Shown here in pieces: positions 40,438 to 49,900 of a stretch of 64,000 nucleotides of DNA (the first letter of the stretch is position 1; each line of letters begins with the position of its first letter). The position numbers and the translations under genes are program-made. This stretch comes from a virus. Its lineage: Duplodnaviria; Heunggongvirae; Uroviricota; Caudoviricetes. The notes under the pieces are model-generated. The model ran no database searches. It was not told the DNA's origin and saw nothing but the letters and a program-made list of their open reading frames with translations. The stretch lies in the IMG/VR virus record IMGVR_UViG_3300013232_000486, one strand, 5' to 3'.

Positions 40438-41205
40438 ATGGGATATTGCACGCGTTACGAGGTCCAGCAAGCTCTGGCCAACGCCCTTACCCAAGGTAAC
40501 CCCACGGGTACTGGACCCGTCGACATCATCACCATCGGAAACACCCTATCGTCAACCGTAACCGATGACCAGATGGCCCAGTTTATCCGTTGGGCCGATG
40601 ATCAAGTCGACGGCTTGATCAGCAGCATTTATCGCATCCCTCTGTCTAGGGTCAACAAGGGAACCTTCCGCTTGTCGATGGACGCAACGGCTGGCGATTA
40701 CATACTTTACATGCAAGACGCGAGTCGCTTCACCGAGGGCGACGTGGTCGTGATCAGGCAGGATCCGTACGTTGAAGAAAACGTTGTTCTCCCACATACC
40801 ACATGTACGCCGATCATCCCGACCCCGCCAGATGGGTTCCCGCAGCCGCCAGACAACCGAACGCTCTGCCTTTGGCTCCCGTTGTCCCATAGCTATGACA
40901 TGAACTTGGCCCGCGTGGAGAGGGTCAGATATCCAGACCCGATCCCAAAGATCTCTGCGAAGCTGGCAGCGTCGTTCATCTATGACAAGCATTTTGCGGC
41001 CCAGCAAGAGCCAAATGAGTCAGAAGTAAGCAAGTATCTACGCAAAGAAGCTAAACAAGAACTGAACCTCATTCTCTCTGGAGCGATCCGTCTGAACATC
41101 GCTGACGCGAACATGCTGATTGGAAGACGGTTCTATAATCCAGCCATAGACGACGCTTGGTCTACGGCTGCTGAACCTGGCAAGAACTTCTTGTCGGAGA
41201 CCTAA
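40438..41205 (+). CDS. Mu gp36-like (DUF1320-type) head-tail adaptor with an inserted beta domain
   Basis: MGYCT..; IRWADDQVDGLISSIYRIPL; P..IPKISAKLAASFIY; EAKQEL..I.SG.IRL. SD AGGAGG. Confidence 0.75.
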   Translation: MGYCTRYEVQQALANALTQGNPTGTGPVDIITIGNTLSSTVTDDQMAQFIRWADDQVDGLISSIYRIPLSRVNKGTFRLSMDATAGDYILYMQDASRFTEGDVVVIRQDPYVEENVVLPHTTCTPIIPTPPDGFPQPPDNRTLCLWLPLSHSYDMNLARVERVRYPDPIPKISAKLAASFIYDKHFAAQQEPNESEVSKYLRKEAKQELNLILSGAIRLNIADANMLIGRRFYNPAIDDAWSTAAEPGKNFLSET

Positions 41206-41207
41206 CG

Positions 41208-41474
41208 ATGTTTGAAGAATTCGCCAAGGAACTGGAAGGCATAAGGATCAGGTCTGCTAGAGCCGTGAAGGCTTTGAACGTGACTAAAAAGATGGAAGTT
41301 CCAGAGGCGATAGAGAACATACAAGCACAGCTTCCAGTAATGAAGACGAAGGTTGAGCCGATGCCAATGTTTGATGACCCAAAAGCAGCAGAGGAAGCGG
41401 CAAAGGATAGGGACTTGATTTTGCTTGAGTCTCTGAAAAAGAACATGATTGAATACGTTAACGAGGGCAAGTGA
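41208..41474 (+). CDS. Hypothetical protein
   Basis: Coupled between the neck genes. Confidence 0.65.
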   Translation: MFEEFAKELEGIRIRSARAVKALNVTKKMEVPEAIENIQAQLPVMKTKVEPMPMFDDPKAAEEAAKDRDLILLESLKKNMIEYVNEGK

Positions 41475-42412
41475 TGAAACCTACTGCCGTAAAGGACATC
41501 ATGACGTCGCTCCAGCGCCTATTGATTGACCACATGGCGGCTGATTGGCCATTGACGGCCAATCTTCTTCCAGGACAGAACATCGTCAGGGTTCTTCAGA
41601 GCAGCAGATTCAGGGAAGGCGATGACGTTTTCCTTAAGTCTGAGGTTCTTGGCAAGGTCGAGCCAGCCGTGATCGACTCGGTTCTTCCATGGGATCCAGT
41701 ACTTGGATACAGGATCGTATTGGAGGATCCAATCGTTGGGACATGGACAACGGCCAATTCATCCAGCCTGCTCCGAGCGATAAACCATCAGCCGCTGAAG
41801 CGCGTTTACAGGGGCGACCTCAACATAAGCCCAGACTACCCGTGCATATCCATCTCCCTTCCAGACGAGTCAAATGAGTGGTTGACGATCAGGGCGACAG
41901 AACACGAGTATACCTTCAAGATCAGAGCCAATATCCTTGCCGACAACTTTGAGGTCGGAACGGACCAGATATCCACGTTCGGCGAGGCGATCAGAGAGGT
42001 TTTGATAGACCATATCCATCCCGTCGTCGACAATCCACCAGTCATCATCCCCATCACCTCGGACGTGCCAGCAAACTCATCCGTGATCGAATTGTCTGAT
42101 ACCTCGCTTTTGGCCCCAGGCTACCGCGTGTTCTTGAGAGACGGCGAAAAGAGGCCCGCTGGCTCGCAAGAAGCGGTGGTACAATCAATATTGAGTTCCA
42201 CTCAAGTCCGTCTGGCGACGGCAACGGAATGGGACTACTTGGTTGCCCGTGGGGCGGAGATGATCGTGGCGCTCAGGTACCTCTACGACACGCGTCCATC
42301 CAGTGTTTCCTACGGTTACGTTCCAGCCAAGGGCGGCTCTTTCTCGCATGCCGCCGAGATCAGCTACTTCGCCAAGGAGATGATCTGTCGTACTGGAAAC
42401 CTGATAACCTGA
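41471..42412 (+). CDS. Probable tail terminator/completion protein with two inserted beta domains
   Basis: Position; RVYRGD...YPCISI...EYTFKI..IREVL core pattern. Confidence 0.55.
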   Translation: MMKPTAVKDIMTSLQRLLIDHMAADWPLTANLLPGQNIVRVLQSSRFREGDDVFLKSEVLGKVEPAVIDSVLPWDPVLGYRIVLEDPIVGTWTTANSSSLLRAINHQPLKRVYRGDLNISPDYPCISISLPDESNEWLTIRATEHEYTFKIRANILADNFEVGTDQISTFGEAIREVLIDHIHPVVDNPPVIIPITSDVPANSSVIELSDTSLLAPGYRVFLRDGEKRPAGSQEAVVQSILSSTQVRLATATEWDYLVARGAEMIVALRYLYDTRPSSVSYGYVPAKGGSFSHAAEISYFAKEMICRTGNLIT

Positions 42413-42422
42413 GGACGCGCAA

Positions 42423-43700
42423 GTGAAAATTCTTACGGTCAGTGATAACCCGAACATGTTTTCTGGGCTGGCGAAAGTCCATCGCAACACGATAGATGGA
42501 CTGATTAGCGCGGGACATGAGGTCATCCCAGCCGTTTGGTTCGCCTATGACACGAAGACGATGGCGATGATCCAGCATGGCTATAAGCCGCCACGGCCAA
42601 CGTACAAGGGCATCGAGATGCTCCCTCTCGCAAAGAACGAGAACGCTCCCTTGTCAGCCCACGATATCTGCAAGATCATCAAGCCTGACGTCGTACTCAC
42701 CATAGGCGACTACTGGAGCTTCTACTACATGCATGCGGTCAAGAACAAGCTTGACTACCAGTTCAAGTGGTTCGCATACTTGACCATCGAGGAAGAAGAA
42801 ATCGACAAGAAGAAGTGGCAACCGCTCTTCAGATACATGGACGCCGTGGCCGTACCAACCGAATTCGGAAAGAATAGTCTCGCAGCATTCGGAGTAAACG
42901 CACATCTTATCCCGTATGGAATGGACGAGGTGTTCAAACGATTACCAGATGACAAGCGGGCGCAATTGAGAAAGGATCGTGGAATTCCAGAAGGCTCAAC
43001 TAGATTCATAACAGTCGCGCAAAACACCATCAGGAAGAACTTGCCTTCTATTCTTTTGACCGCGCAAGAGCTGAAGCATCGCGGCAGGTACTCTCCAGAC
43101 TGTTTGGACAACAAGTTCTATATTCATACCAATGTTGGGGCATCTGACACTTCAGAAACGTACGTGTACGACTTGATCGGCTTGGCAAAAAAACTCGATG
43201 TCGAAGACATGGTGTCGTTCCCGCATGTGGAAACATCTCTCTTTGGACTCACTGGACAGCTAGGCGGCATACTTCCCACCAACACTGGAGAGGAACTTCT
43301 TCGCGACGAGTACAACGCATCTGATTTTTATTTAAGCACTTCATTGTCCGAGGGCTATGGATTACCAGTCATGGAAGCCATGGCTTGTGGGGTTCCGTGC
43401 ATCGCGAACGGGACATCTACGCTCTACGAGATGGTCGGAGTCCCCTATGGGAAGACGGGTTACGGAGAGCGTGGAGGCATTTTTAAGTCTCGGATAGAGG
43501 TTCTTCCCCCAGCCAAACTTGCCAACATTGTCGACCCGAAACTTTTGGCCGACGAGATAGAGTCACTTAGAAGAAGGGAAATGAAGGGCAGTTGCGAAGA
43601 CTATGCTAGGAGAAATAGCTGGGAAGGGATGGGAAAGAAGCTGGTTGAAGTTATAGCGCAGATGGAGAAGAGGACGGTCATTCCTGTGGAGGAGATTTAG
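42423..43700 (+). CDS. GT4-like glycosyltransferase inside the neck-tail operon
   Basis: GTG after GAGGA; SDNP..SG; RKNL; SEGYGLPVMEAMACGVP. Confidence 0.9.
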   Translation: MKILTVSDNPNMFSGLAKVHRNTIDGLISAGHEVIPAVWFAYDTKTMAMIQHGYKPPRPTYKGIEMLPLAKNENAPLSAHDICKIIKPDVVLTIGDYWSFYYMHAVKNKLDYQFKWFAYLTIEEEEIDKKKWQPLFRYMDAVAVPTEFGKNSLAAFGVNAHLIPYGMDEVFKRLPDDKRAQLRKDRGIPEGSTRFITVAQNTIRKNLPSILLTAQELKHRGRYSPDCLDNKFYIHTNVGASDTSETYVYDLIGLAKKLDVEDMVSFPHVETSLFGLTGQLGGILPTNTGEELLRDEYNASDFYLSTSLSEGYGLPVMEAMACGVPCIANGTSTLYEMVGVPYGKTGYGERGGIFKSRIEVLPPAKLANIVDPKLLADEIESLRRREMKGSCEDYARRNSWEGMGKKLVEVIAQMEKRTVIPVEEI

Positions 43701-43703
43701 CGA

Positions 43704-43729
43704 AGGAATGATTTCAAGCCTCGCGGAAT
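43704..43729 (+). promoter_or_regulatory. AGGA-N18-GAAT promoter motif
   Basis: AGGA atgatttcaagcctcgcg GAAT upstream of 43770 and the tube gene. Confidence 0.6.
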
Positions 43730-43769
43730 CAAATAGGGTGAAGGCCCGATAGGTAAAGGGAGAAGAGAC

Positions 43770-44336
43770 ATGCCTCTACCGCAGAACACGGTCACGAAGG
43801 AAGAGTTCGAGGCCCTCATGGGGTATATCACCCTTGAGCGAAGTGGCTTCGAGCAAGCTGCGGGGTATGCCAACTCCGGGCTTCAGTACGTCGTCTTGAT
43901 GCAGCGGGTAACCCCCGAGGTCGATCTGGTCCAGCCGCATGCGGCCCAGTTCCTCAACCTAGAGACGCAGAACACCACCACGAGCTTCACGAGCATCGTG
44001 AACTCGATCAATACTCACGTTGTCGTCCGTGGAACCACCGCTCTGGCTGGCGAGACCATGTCGACCAGGTTGAATAGGTGGCTGTGGTGCCAGGGCATCC
44101 GCGTGACGCGAGCGTACTACGACATCAGCGCCGCGGCTGGCTGGACGATTGATCCTTGTAACTTGAGGAGCGACGATAACGACAACGAATCGACTCCTCC
44201 AGCGTGGATACTGGACTCGGAAGGCAACGTCATCGCGGTTGGATGCACTGCAACCAGCCCGTACTACGTTGCTCCAGCGCCTGGCTCTGGATGTCCGACG
44301 AGTGGCGGAACGCCGATCGGGACTGTGTCGCCGTGA
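43770..44336 (+). CDS. Probable virion protein, paralogue of 44349
   Basis: SD GGGAG; similar to the next gene. Confidence 0.65.
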   Translation: MPLPQNTVTKEEFEALMGYITLERSGFEQAAGYANSGLQYVVLMQRVTPEVDLVQPHAAQFLNLETQNTTTSFTSIVNSINTHVVVRGTTALAGETMSTRLNRWLWCQGIRVTRAYYDISAAAGWTIDPCNLRSDDNDNESTPPAWILDSEGNVIAVGCTATSPYYVAPAPGSGCPTSGGTPIGTVSP

Positions 44337-44348
44337 TAGGAGAGGCTC

Positions 44349-44726
44349 ATGTATCAGCCCTCCGGGCTACTTACCGATCAGGAGTTCATGCTTCTTCAGG
44401 GACTCCTTGGTTCGGGATACGACGGCCTGGTTCGTTGTCAAGAGTCGCTTGAGTCTGGTCTGTTGGTGGTGACGTACAGTACGAACGTGACGGTTGAGTT
44501 GGACATGTTGTATGCGTTTGAGGCGAATGCGAACGACGTGAACACGGTGTTGGCGAAGGACCTGATGTCAAGGGCTACGCTGTCGTTGCTGAGGCATGTG
44601 GAGAACCGGGGCGGACAGGAGATCAATGACTACCTGTACGCCAGGCAGATGAAGGTAACCAGGCGTTTCGCGGAACTATCGAGTGGTCTGGGATACACGA
44701 TAGAATCCGAGAACATAGAGGCCTGA
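44349..44726 (+). CDS. Probable virion protein, paralogue of 43770
   Basis: SD GGAGAGG; shares SGL..V....VT.E.D, HV..RG and VTR....S...G.TI...N. Confidence 0.65.
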   Translation: MYQPSGLLTDQEFMLLQGLLGSGYDGLVRCQESLESGLLVVTYSTNVTVELDMLYAFEANANDVNTVLAKDLMSRATLSLLRHVENRGGQEINDYLYARQMKVTRRFAELSSGLGYTIESENIEA

Positions 44727-44745
44727 CAGGATAAGGGGACACCAA

Positions 44746-45609
44746 ATGCCGGTTCCTAGCAGACCAGCACGAATGGGTTACATCGGCGCCGTAGTGGTGT
44801 TCGGTACTCCCATCCGAGCGATGAGCAGCAGCCTGAAGGCCCAGCAGCGCATCGAGCATCCAGACGTAGTTGACAACCGTATTGATCGTACGCTCTACCA
44901 GCTTGGTCCAGTGGAAGTCGAAGGCGACGTGGTTGTTCCAGTTGTCAAATCGGGTGAGAGCCAAGGCTTCCTCAACCAGATTTGGAGCTGGGCTACCCTT
45001 CGTGACTTGACGAGCGGCGAACTGATCAATAACGGCGACGTCATCCTGAACTACTCATACGACATCGGTAGGACGTTCAACGGATGCCGCGTGAACAAGC
45101 TCTCGATGAAGGCGACCGCTGGAGAACGCGTCGAGGCTACCTTGAACTTCATGGGTACCACGGCCATCGACGGCGCTTCAATTCAAGACCCGATCGACTA
45201 CTCGCCAGCCCGCGTGTTGACGTGGGACGACGTGTCAGTCAGCGGAAGCGACATCGATACTTGCCAAGTCAAAGAATTCACCTTTGAAATCAGCAACAAC
45301 TGCGTCCGCAACTACACGTTCTGCCCAGAGACTGGATTGTACGCTTCGTCCATCTCGACGGGAAAGAGGCACATCAACGGAACGATCCAGTTCCAGGGAT
45401 GGGCGCAGACCGAAAGCCTTGCGACGACGAACTATACGAGGACGACCTCAACCGACCAGTTGACGTTCGACTTCGGCGGGTTCAGCCAGACGTTCAACCA
45501 CGTCATCTACGAGTACCAGCAGATCGACATCAACGTGGGCGTGATCACCTCCACGGCGAACTGGTACGCGCATGGCGGCAAGACTGACATGGCTGTTGAA
45601 GGAAGCTGA
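44746..45609 (+). CDS. Major tail tube protein
   Basis: Directly precedes the chaperone and tape-measure genes; GCRVNKLSM..GERVEATLNFMG and KEFTFEISNN pattern; strongly C-ending codons suggest high expression. Confidence 0.75.
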   Translation: MPVPSRPARMGYIGAVVVFGTPIRAMSSSLKAQQRIEHPDVVDNRIDRTLYQLGPVEVEGDVVVPVVKSGESQGFLNQIWSWATLRDLTSGELINNGDVILNYSYDIGRTFNGCRVNKLSMKATAGERVEATLNFMGTTAIDGASIQDPIDYSPARVLTWDDVSVSGSDIDTCQVKEFTFEISNNCVRNYTFCPETGLYASSISTGKRHINGTIQFQGWAQTESLATTNYTRTTSTDQLTFDFGGFSQTFNHVIYEYQQIDINVGVITSTANWYAHGGKTDMAVEGS

Positions 45610-45653
45610 TCAATACCCAGTGTTGATCTTCTAGGCGTATCCTCTCTTTTTCA

Positions 45654-45662
45654 ACGTATAAT
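45654..45662 (+). promoter_or_regulatory. Putative -10 element ACGTATAAT, followed by a GGCGC hairpin
   Basis: Intergenic TATAAT at 45657-45662; ATGGCGC-TTGT-GCGCCAT at 45674-45691. Confidence 0.5.
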
Positions 45663-45731
45663 CCCATAACCCCATGGCGCTTGTGCGCCATTGTCTGGCA
45701 AGGGATTTCCTCACAATAAGGAGTTTGTACC

Positions 45732-46181
45732 ATGGCTGGAGTATTCGCGTCTGGGGACTTCTTCGAGGTCTGCGTTAAATACGTGGTCTTGAAGACTGCA
45801 AGCGGCATTGACGTCGTCAAAGTGATTGACGATGCAACGGAAAAGGGCAAGGCCGACCTTGAGCGCTACGGCGAAAGGGTTCAATCCCTAAGAACTCAGT
45901 GGGTATCTCCTAACTGGAAGCAGAGCAACGAGTTGCTACGAAAGTGCATGCGCTATGACGCCGAGTCTGGAAAGCGTGAGCTTGATTGGCCATTATATAG
46001 AGCATTGCTCATTGAGATGTTCATGAAGAAGTGGGACGCGACGACGACTGAGGGAGGAAAGGAAATTCCAGTCCCCGTAAGTCGCGAGAACGTCGACAGG
46101 CTGGACGCCCAGGTGGCGGTAGCCCTCGTTGACAAGTTCATTGAACGAACGAACGTTTCGGAGGAAGAGTTGGGAAAATAG
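45732..46181 (+). CDS. Tail assembly chaperone (lambda gpG-like)
   Basis: SD AAGGAG; lies between tube and tape measure; ends in slippery G GGA AAA TAG. Confidence 0.8.
   Translation: MAGVFASGDFFEVCVKYVVLKTASGIDVVKVIDDATEKGKADLERYGERVQSLRTQWVSPNWKQSNELLRKCMRYDAESGKRELDWPLYRALLIEMFMKKWDATTTEGGKEIPVPVSRENVDRLDAQVAVALVDKFIERTNVSEEELGK
46172..46178 (+). other. Programmed -1 ribosomal frameshift site GGGAAAA
   Basis: X XXY YYZ heptamer in the correct phase immediately before the stop; the -1 frame is open into the 46229 ORF. Confidence 0.85.
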
Positions 46182-46531
46182 TCCACGCGGCTGACCGATA
46201 CTATCGCGGGACGCTGGCAGAAGGCGACATGCCTCCCGACGAATGTATTGAGTTGATGCTCTGGGACAGGTTTGGTTGGGGGCCAGAGCAGACCTCGAGG
46301 TTCACCCTTGCTCAGTTACGCGTGTTCTTCGCCGTCATAGAGCAGCAGCGCGTCAGCAGAGATGCGGTCGAAAACCTGGGCAAGCCAGACCCAGATCGAG
46401 TTCAGTCGAAGATTGCTGCCGCAGAAGAGATGAGGAGGCGTGGACAGAAGTCTTCGCCTCGTGAGCAGGAAACAGGGCCTGGAAATGCCAAGGTTATACG
46501 TAGAGAGATGCGTGGCCTTGGCATGGCCTAA
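46178..46531 (+). CDS. gpT-like frameshift extension of the tail chaperone (G-T fusion about 266 aa)
   Basis: The -1 frame reads IVHAADRYYRGTLAEGDMPP...LWDRFGWGP with no stop. Confidence 0.8.
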   Translation: MVHAADRYYRGTLAEGDMPPDECIELMLWDRFGWGPEQTSRFTLAQLRVFFAVIEQQRVSRDAVENLGKPDPDRVQSKIAAAEEMRRRGQKSSPREQETGPGNAKVIRREMRGLGMA

Positions 46532-46546
46532 AGACAGGAGAAGCCC

Positions 46547-46960
46547 ATGCCATTGATCAGTCCAAAAAAGCCCGTCCAGATCGTGTCCATCGAAGTTCGC
46601 TACATAGAGAAGGAAACTGGGGAGATCAGTCTCCTCAAGGACGACGAAAAGGTGGAGGGAGCATTCCAAACCGCCAAGTTTGTCTTCAGGCCACCTAACT
46701 GGGGAGACACAAAGTACATCATGTCCGCATGCAGTCAAATCGGAAATGATGGAAAGCTCTCCTTCGACGGGTACAAGTTTATTGACTTACGCTTGAAGAG
46801 ACTCTTGGTGGATTGGTCGCTCATAGACGACAAGGAGAAACGTCTGCCCATAACGGATGAAAACGTCGAGCAGCTTCCATATTCTGTTGTGACCTATCTG
46901 AACGAGAAACTCGACAAGGTTCCATCCATCGCTGCTGCGTTCGGGGCCGACGTGAAATAG
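46547..46960 (+). CDS. Second tail-chaperone paralogue
   Basis: SD AGGAG; PNW..C...GK..D...W....P...ENV..L pattern shared with 45732. Confidence 0.7.
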   Translation: MPLISPKKPVQIVSIEVRYIEKETGEISLLKDDEKVEGAFQTAKFVFRPPNWGDTKYIMSACSQIGNDGKLSFDGYKFIDLRLKRLLVDWSLIDDKEKRLPITDENVEQLPYSVVTYLNEKLDKVPSIAAAFGADVK

Positions 46961-46964
46961 ATAA

Positions 46965-49900
46965 GTGGCAAACTACGAAGAAGCTGCACGTAAATTCGCG
47001 GAGGCCTTGCAAGCCAGCGGGCTGTCGGCTGAAGAAGCCGCCAAGGCCATCCGTGACTTAACCGACAAGACCAAGAATTACGAGAAAGCAGCAAAAGACG
47101 GAACTCGATCCGTCAAAACGTTTGGCGAAGCATTTAACACCTACGATAAGTCTCTTGAAAAAGTAGGTCAAAGTCTAAGTCGTGTTTTTGAAACCATGAA
47201 GACGGCGTTCCTTGGTGGAACAGCCGCCGCGATGGTTAGTCGTCTCGGAGAGTTCCAAAAAGGGCTATATGATTTAAGCCGTCAAGCCACAGTTACTGGA
47301 CAAACCTTCTCTGCGTTCACCAAGACAATGGAGGACATGGGCAAGAAAACTGCGCTTAGCAGAGAAGAGTCCGCGAAGTTCCTGAAACAGATCCAAGACA
47401 GTACCAAGGGTGTTAAGCTGATGGGCACCGAGATGAGCGATCTCGCGAAGACCCTCAGTGATGAATTTGGCCCAAGGCTGCAAGATATCCAAAATGGATT
47501 CAAGACATTAGCGGAAATCCAGCAAAAAGATATCATGCTATTTTCTAGGATCCGCGAGGGAATGCGCGGCCCAGAGTTTGGCAATTATGTTGCCAGTATG
47601 GTTCTTGCCCACAAACTAACCAACGAACAAGCAGAAACCTTGTTGAGAGTAAATAGACAAAAGGTTCTTGGCTCTCAAGCCGTAGACGAAGAAACGAAGA
47701 AACTACGACAATTTCAAGACGTTCAACAGAAGTTCCAGCAGGCATTCTCTAATCTTGCCATAAGTCTTGGCAAGCCGCTGATGGAAATCTTCGTGCAAGT
47801 AATCAAACCGTTATCTGCTTTTGGCGACAAGTTATCGACCTTGATGGAGAAGAACAAGGCCTTCGCTGGAATGGTTGGTGGAGTTGCTAAAATACTTGCT
47901 TGGTCTGCAATAGCTGCAACCGTAGTTGGAGCCATGTCGGCCATGGCGTCAAAATTATCTGCCGCATTCCAACTAATAAAATCAGTAGCTGGGGCTGGCG
48001 CCTCAAAAATAGTAAATGTTAGAATAGTTGGAGGTGGAGGACCGGAATCAGTAGCAGCACATCTAAAAGGAAGTTCTGCCGTAGCCGCAGGAGCAGAAAA
48101 AGTCGCTGAGAGCGCTCCAAAAGTAGGTGTCATGAGGAGAATGGGGCAAACCGTTGGAAGATCAGTCGCAATGCATGGAGGAGGGGTCAAAGGAGTCCTG
48201 ACGGCGTCTGCCAGTGGAGCCATCGGAGTTCTTGGAAGAATAGCGTCTTTCCTTGGTCCTATAGGTTTGGTTGTCGGCGCAATTACCGCGCTAGCATCTG
48301 TTTTGCTCCCTTTGGTTGGCAATTTTGATTCCATAGGTAAAGTACTTGGAATGGCTGAGGGTGAAATAGACAACCTCAATGCCAGCTTTGCAGAGATCAA
48401 AACATTGATGCTCGACGCGTTTGGTGAAATATGGAAAACGATCAAGGACGTTGGAAAATCCCTCATCGTTGCCATAATGCCAATGGTAAAGCTTTATCAA
48501 CAGGTAATACCGCCCATTCTTAGTGCTTTTACACCAATGGCCCAGTCTCTGATAAAGGCTCTTGCCGCAATATTTGGAGCTTTCATGAAGCTTCAAATCA
48601 TAATGATGAAGATAATTCTGCCAATTGCAACCGTTGCGTTTCAAGCCTTGGCAAAGGTACTGGAATGGGCAGCGGGAATAATAGAGTCTGTATTCAACAA
48701 GATTTCTGAAACGTTCGATTCTTTAATGCCATATCTTGACGAATTCGCTGATGCGGTAGGTGCGGCCACAGACTCTCTCCTTGGCAGAGAGCGAAACATG
48801 GACGCAATGAACAAAAGGAACATGGAAAGTATCCAGAAGGGGCATGACAAAACAGCGGCTGGTAAGTTCGGAGACTTTTACGCAAAGGAAATGGGAGTCA
48901 AGAGAGAAGATGTTGACGACGAGAAGCTAGCCGAACGGGTGAAACAAATTACTGGAAAAGGAATGCAAGCCGCATGGAATGATCCAGCTACTCGTAAGAC
49001 ATTGCAGACTGACGTTAGGCTGACTAAGGCTGGCGTGGACGTGACAAAGCCAGGCGAGGCTGCCATTGGAATCGGCAGGATATCCGCAATACAAGAAGAA
49101 CTCACAAAAGATCTTGCCACTAGGAAGGCTGGCGGAGAAGGCGAAGAGGGACAGAAGAAATACAGAGAACGAATGGAGCAAGCGGCGGCTCAAGGTAACA
49201 TGATGATCATGAGCCGAGCTATGCAAGACGCTTTGATGAAGCATAGCAAGGACGCTGGAACGGCACAAAAGACGTTTGCTGGAGCGCCAGCAGAGTTCAA
49301 AACATTCCTTGATCCCACGAAGGTCAAAGAAGCTGTTGATCAAATAAAATCTGGAACTGAGTATGCAACACTGTTCACGCAAAGACTGATTCAAGCAAAC
49401 GCTTATTACGATTCTCTGTCACAAACAATTTCAGCAGCTAATGGCCTATTGTCTGAAAATGCCGAGGCTGCTTTGAACCTTGGGAACAATACACAGATGT
49501 ACAAGCAGTATCTTGGCGAGGCCATGGAACTTAGTAACATACAGTTGAGCGCTGCAAGGGCAATTGCCGACGCATCTAAAGAAGGACTTAACGCTGAAAG
49601 ACAGAGTCTGGAAATACAATTAAAGAAGGCCATTGCCAACAAGGACATTGAGGAAACTAGAAAAGTTGAAACGGCACTTATACAAAATTCAAACGCTAGA
49701 GCGAGCATACAAAATAACATAAACAAAGCCTTAAGCGAGCAATTAAAAATAGGATTACAAATTGTTGAAGCCAACAAACAAGAAATAGAAGTAAGGGACG
49801 CGGAGCTTGGGTTGCTAGAGTCTCAGATGCAGTTGAGCAAGGCCATGTTTGCAGGTATGGGTCCAACGCTGGCAATACAAGGACAGATGCTTTCTAAGTT

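Noticed and set aside
45608-45632. Hairpin after the tube gene as an intrinsic terminator
   Set aside because: AT-rich stem, 3-nt loop and only a TTCT tail; too weak to call.
47723-48475. 250-aa antisense ORF
   Set aside because: Mirror of Ala/Gly-rich tape-measure codons.
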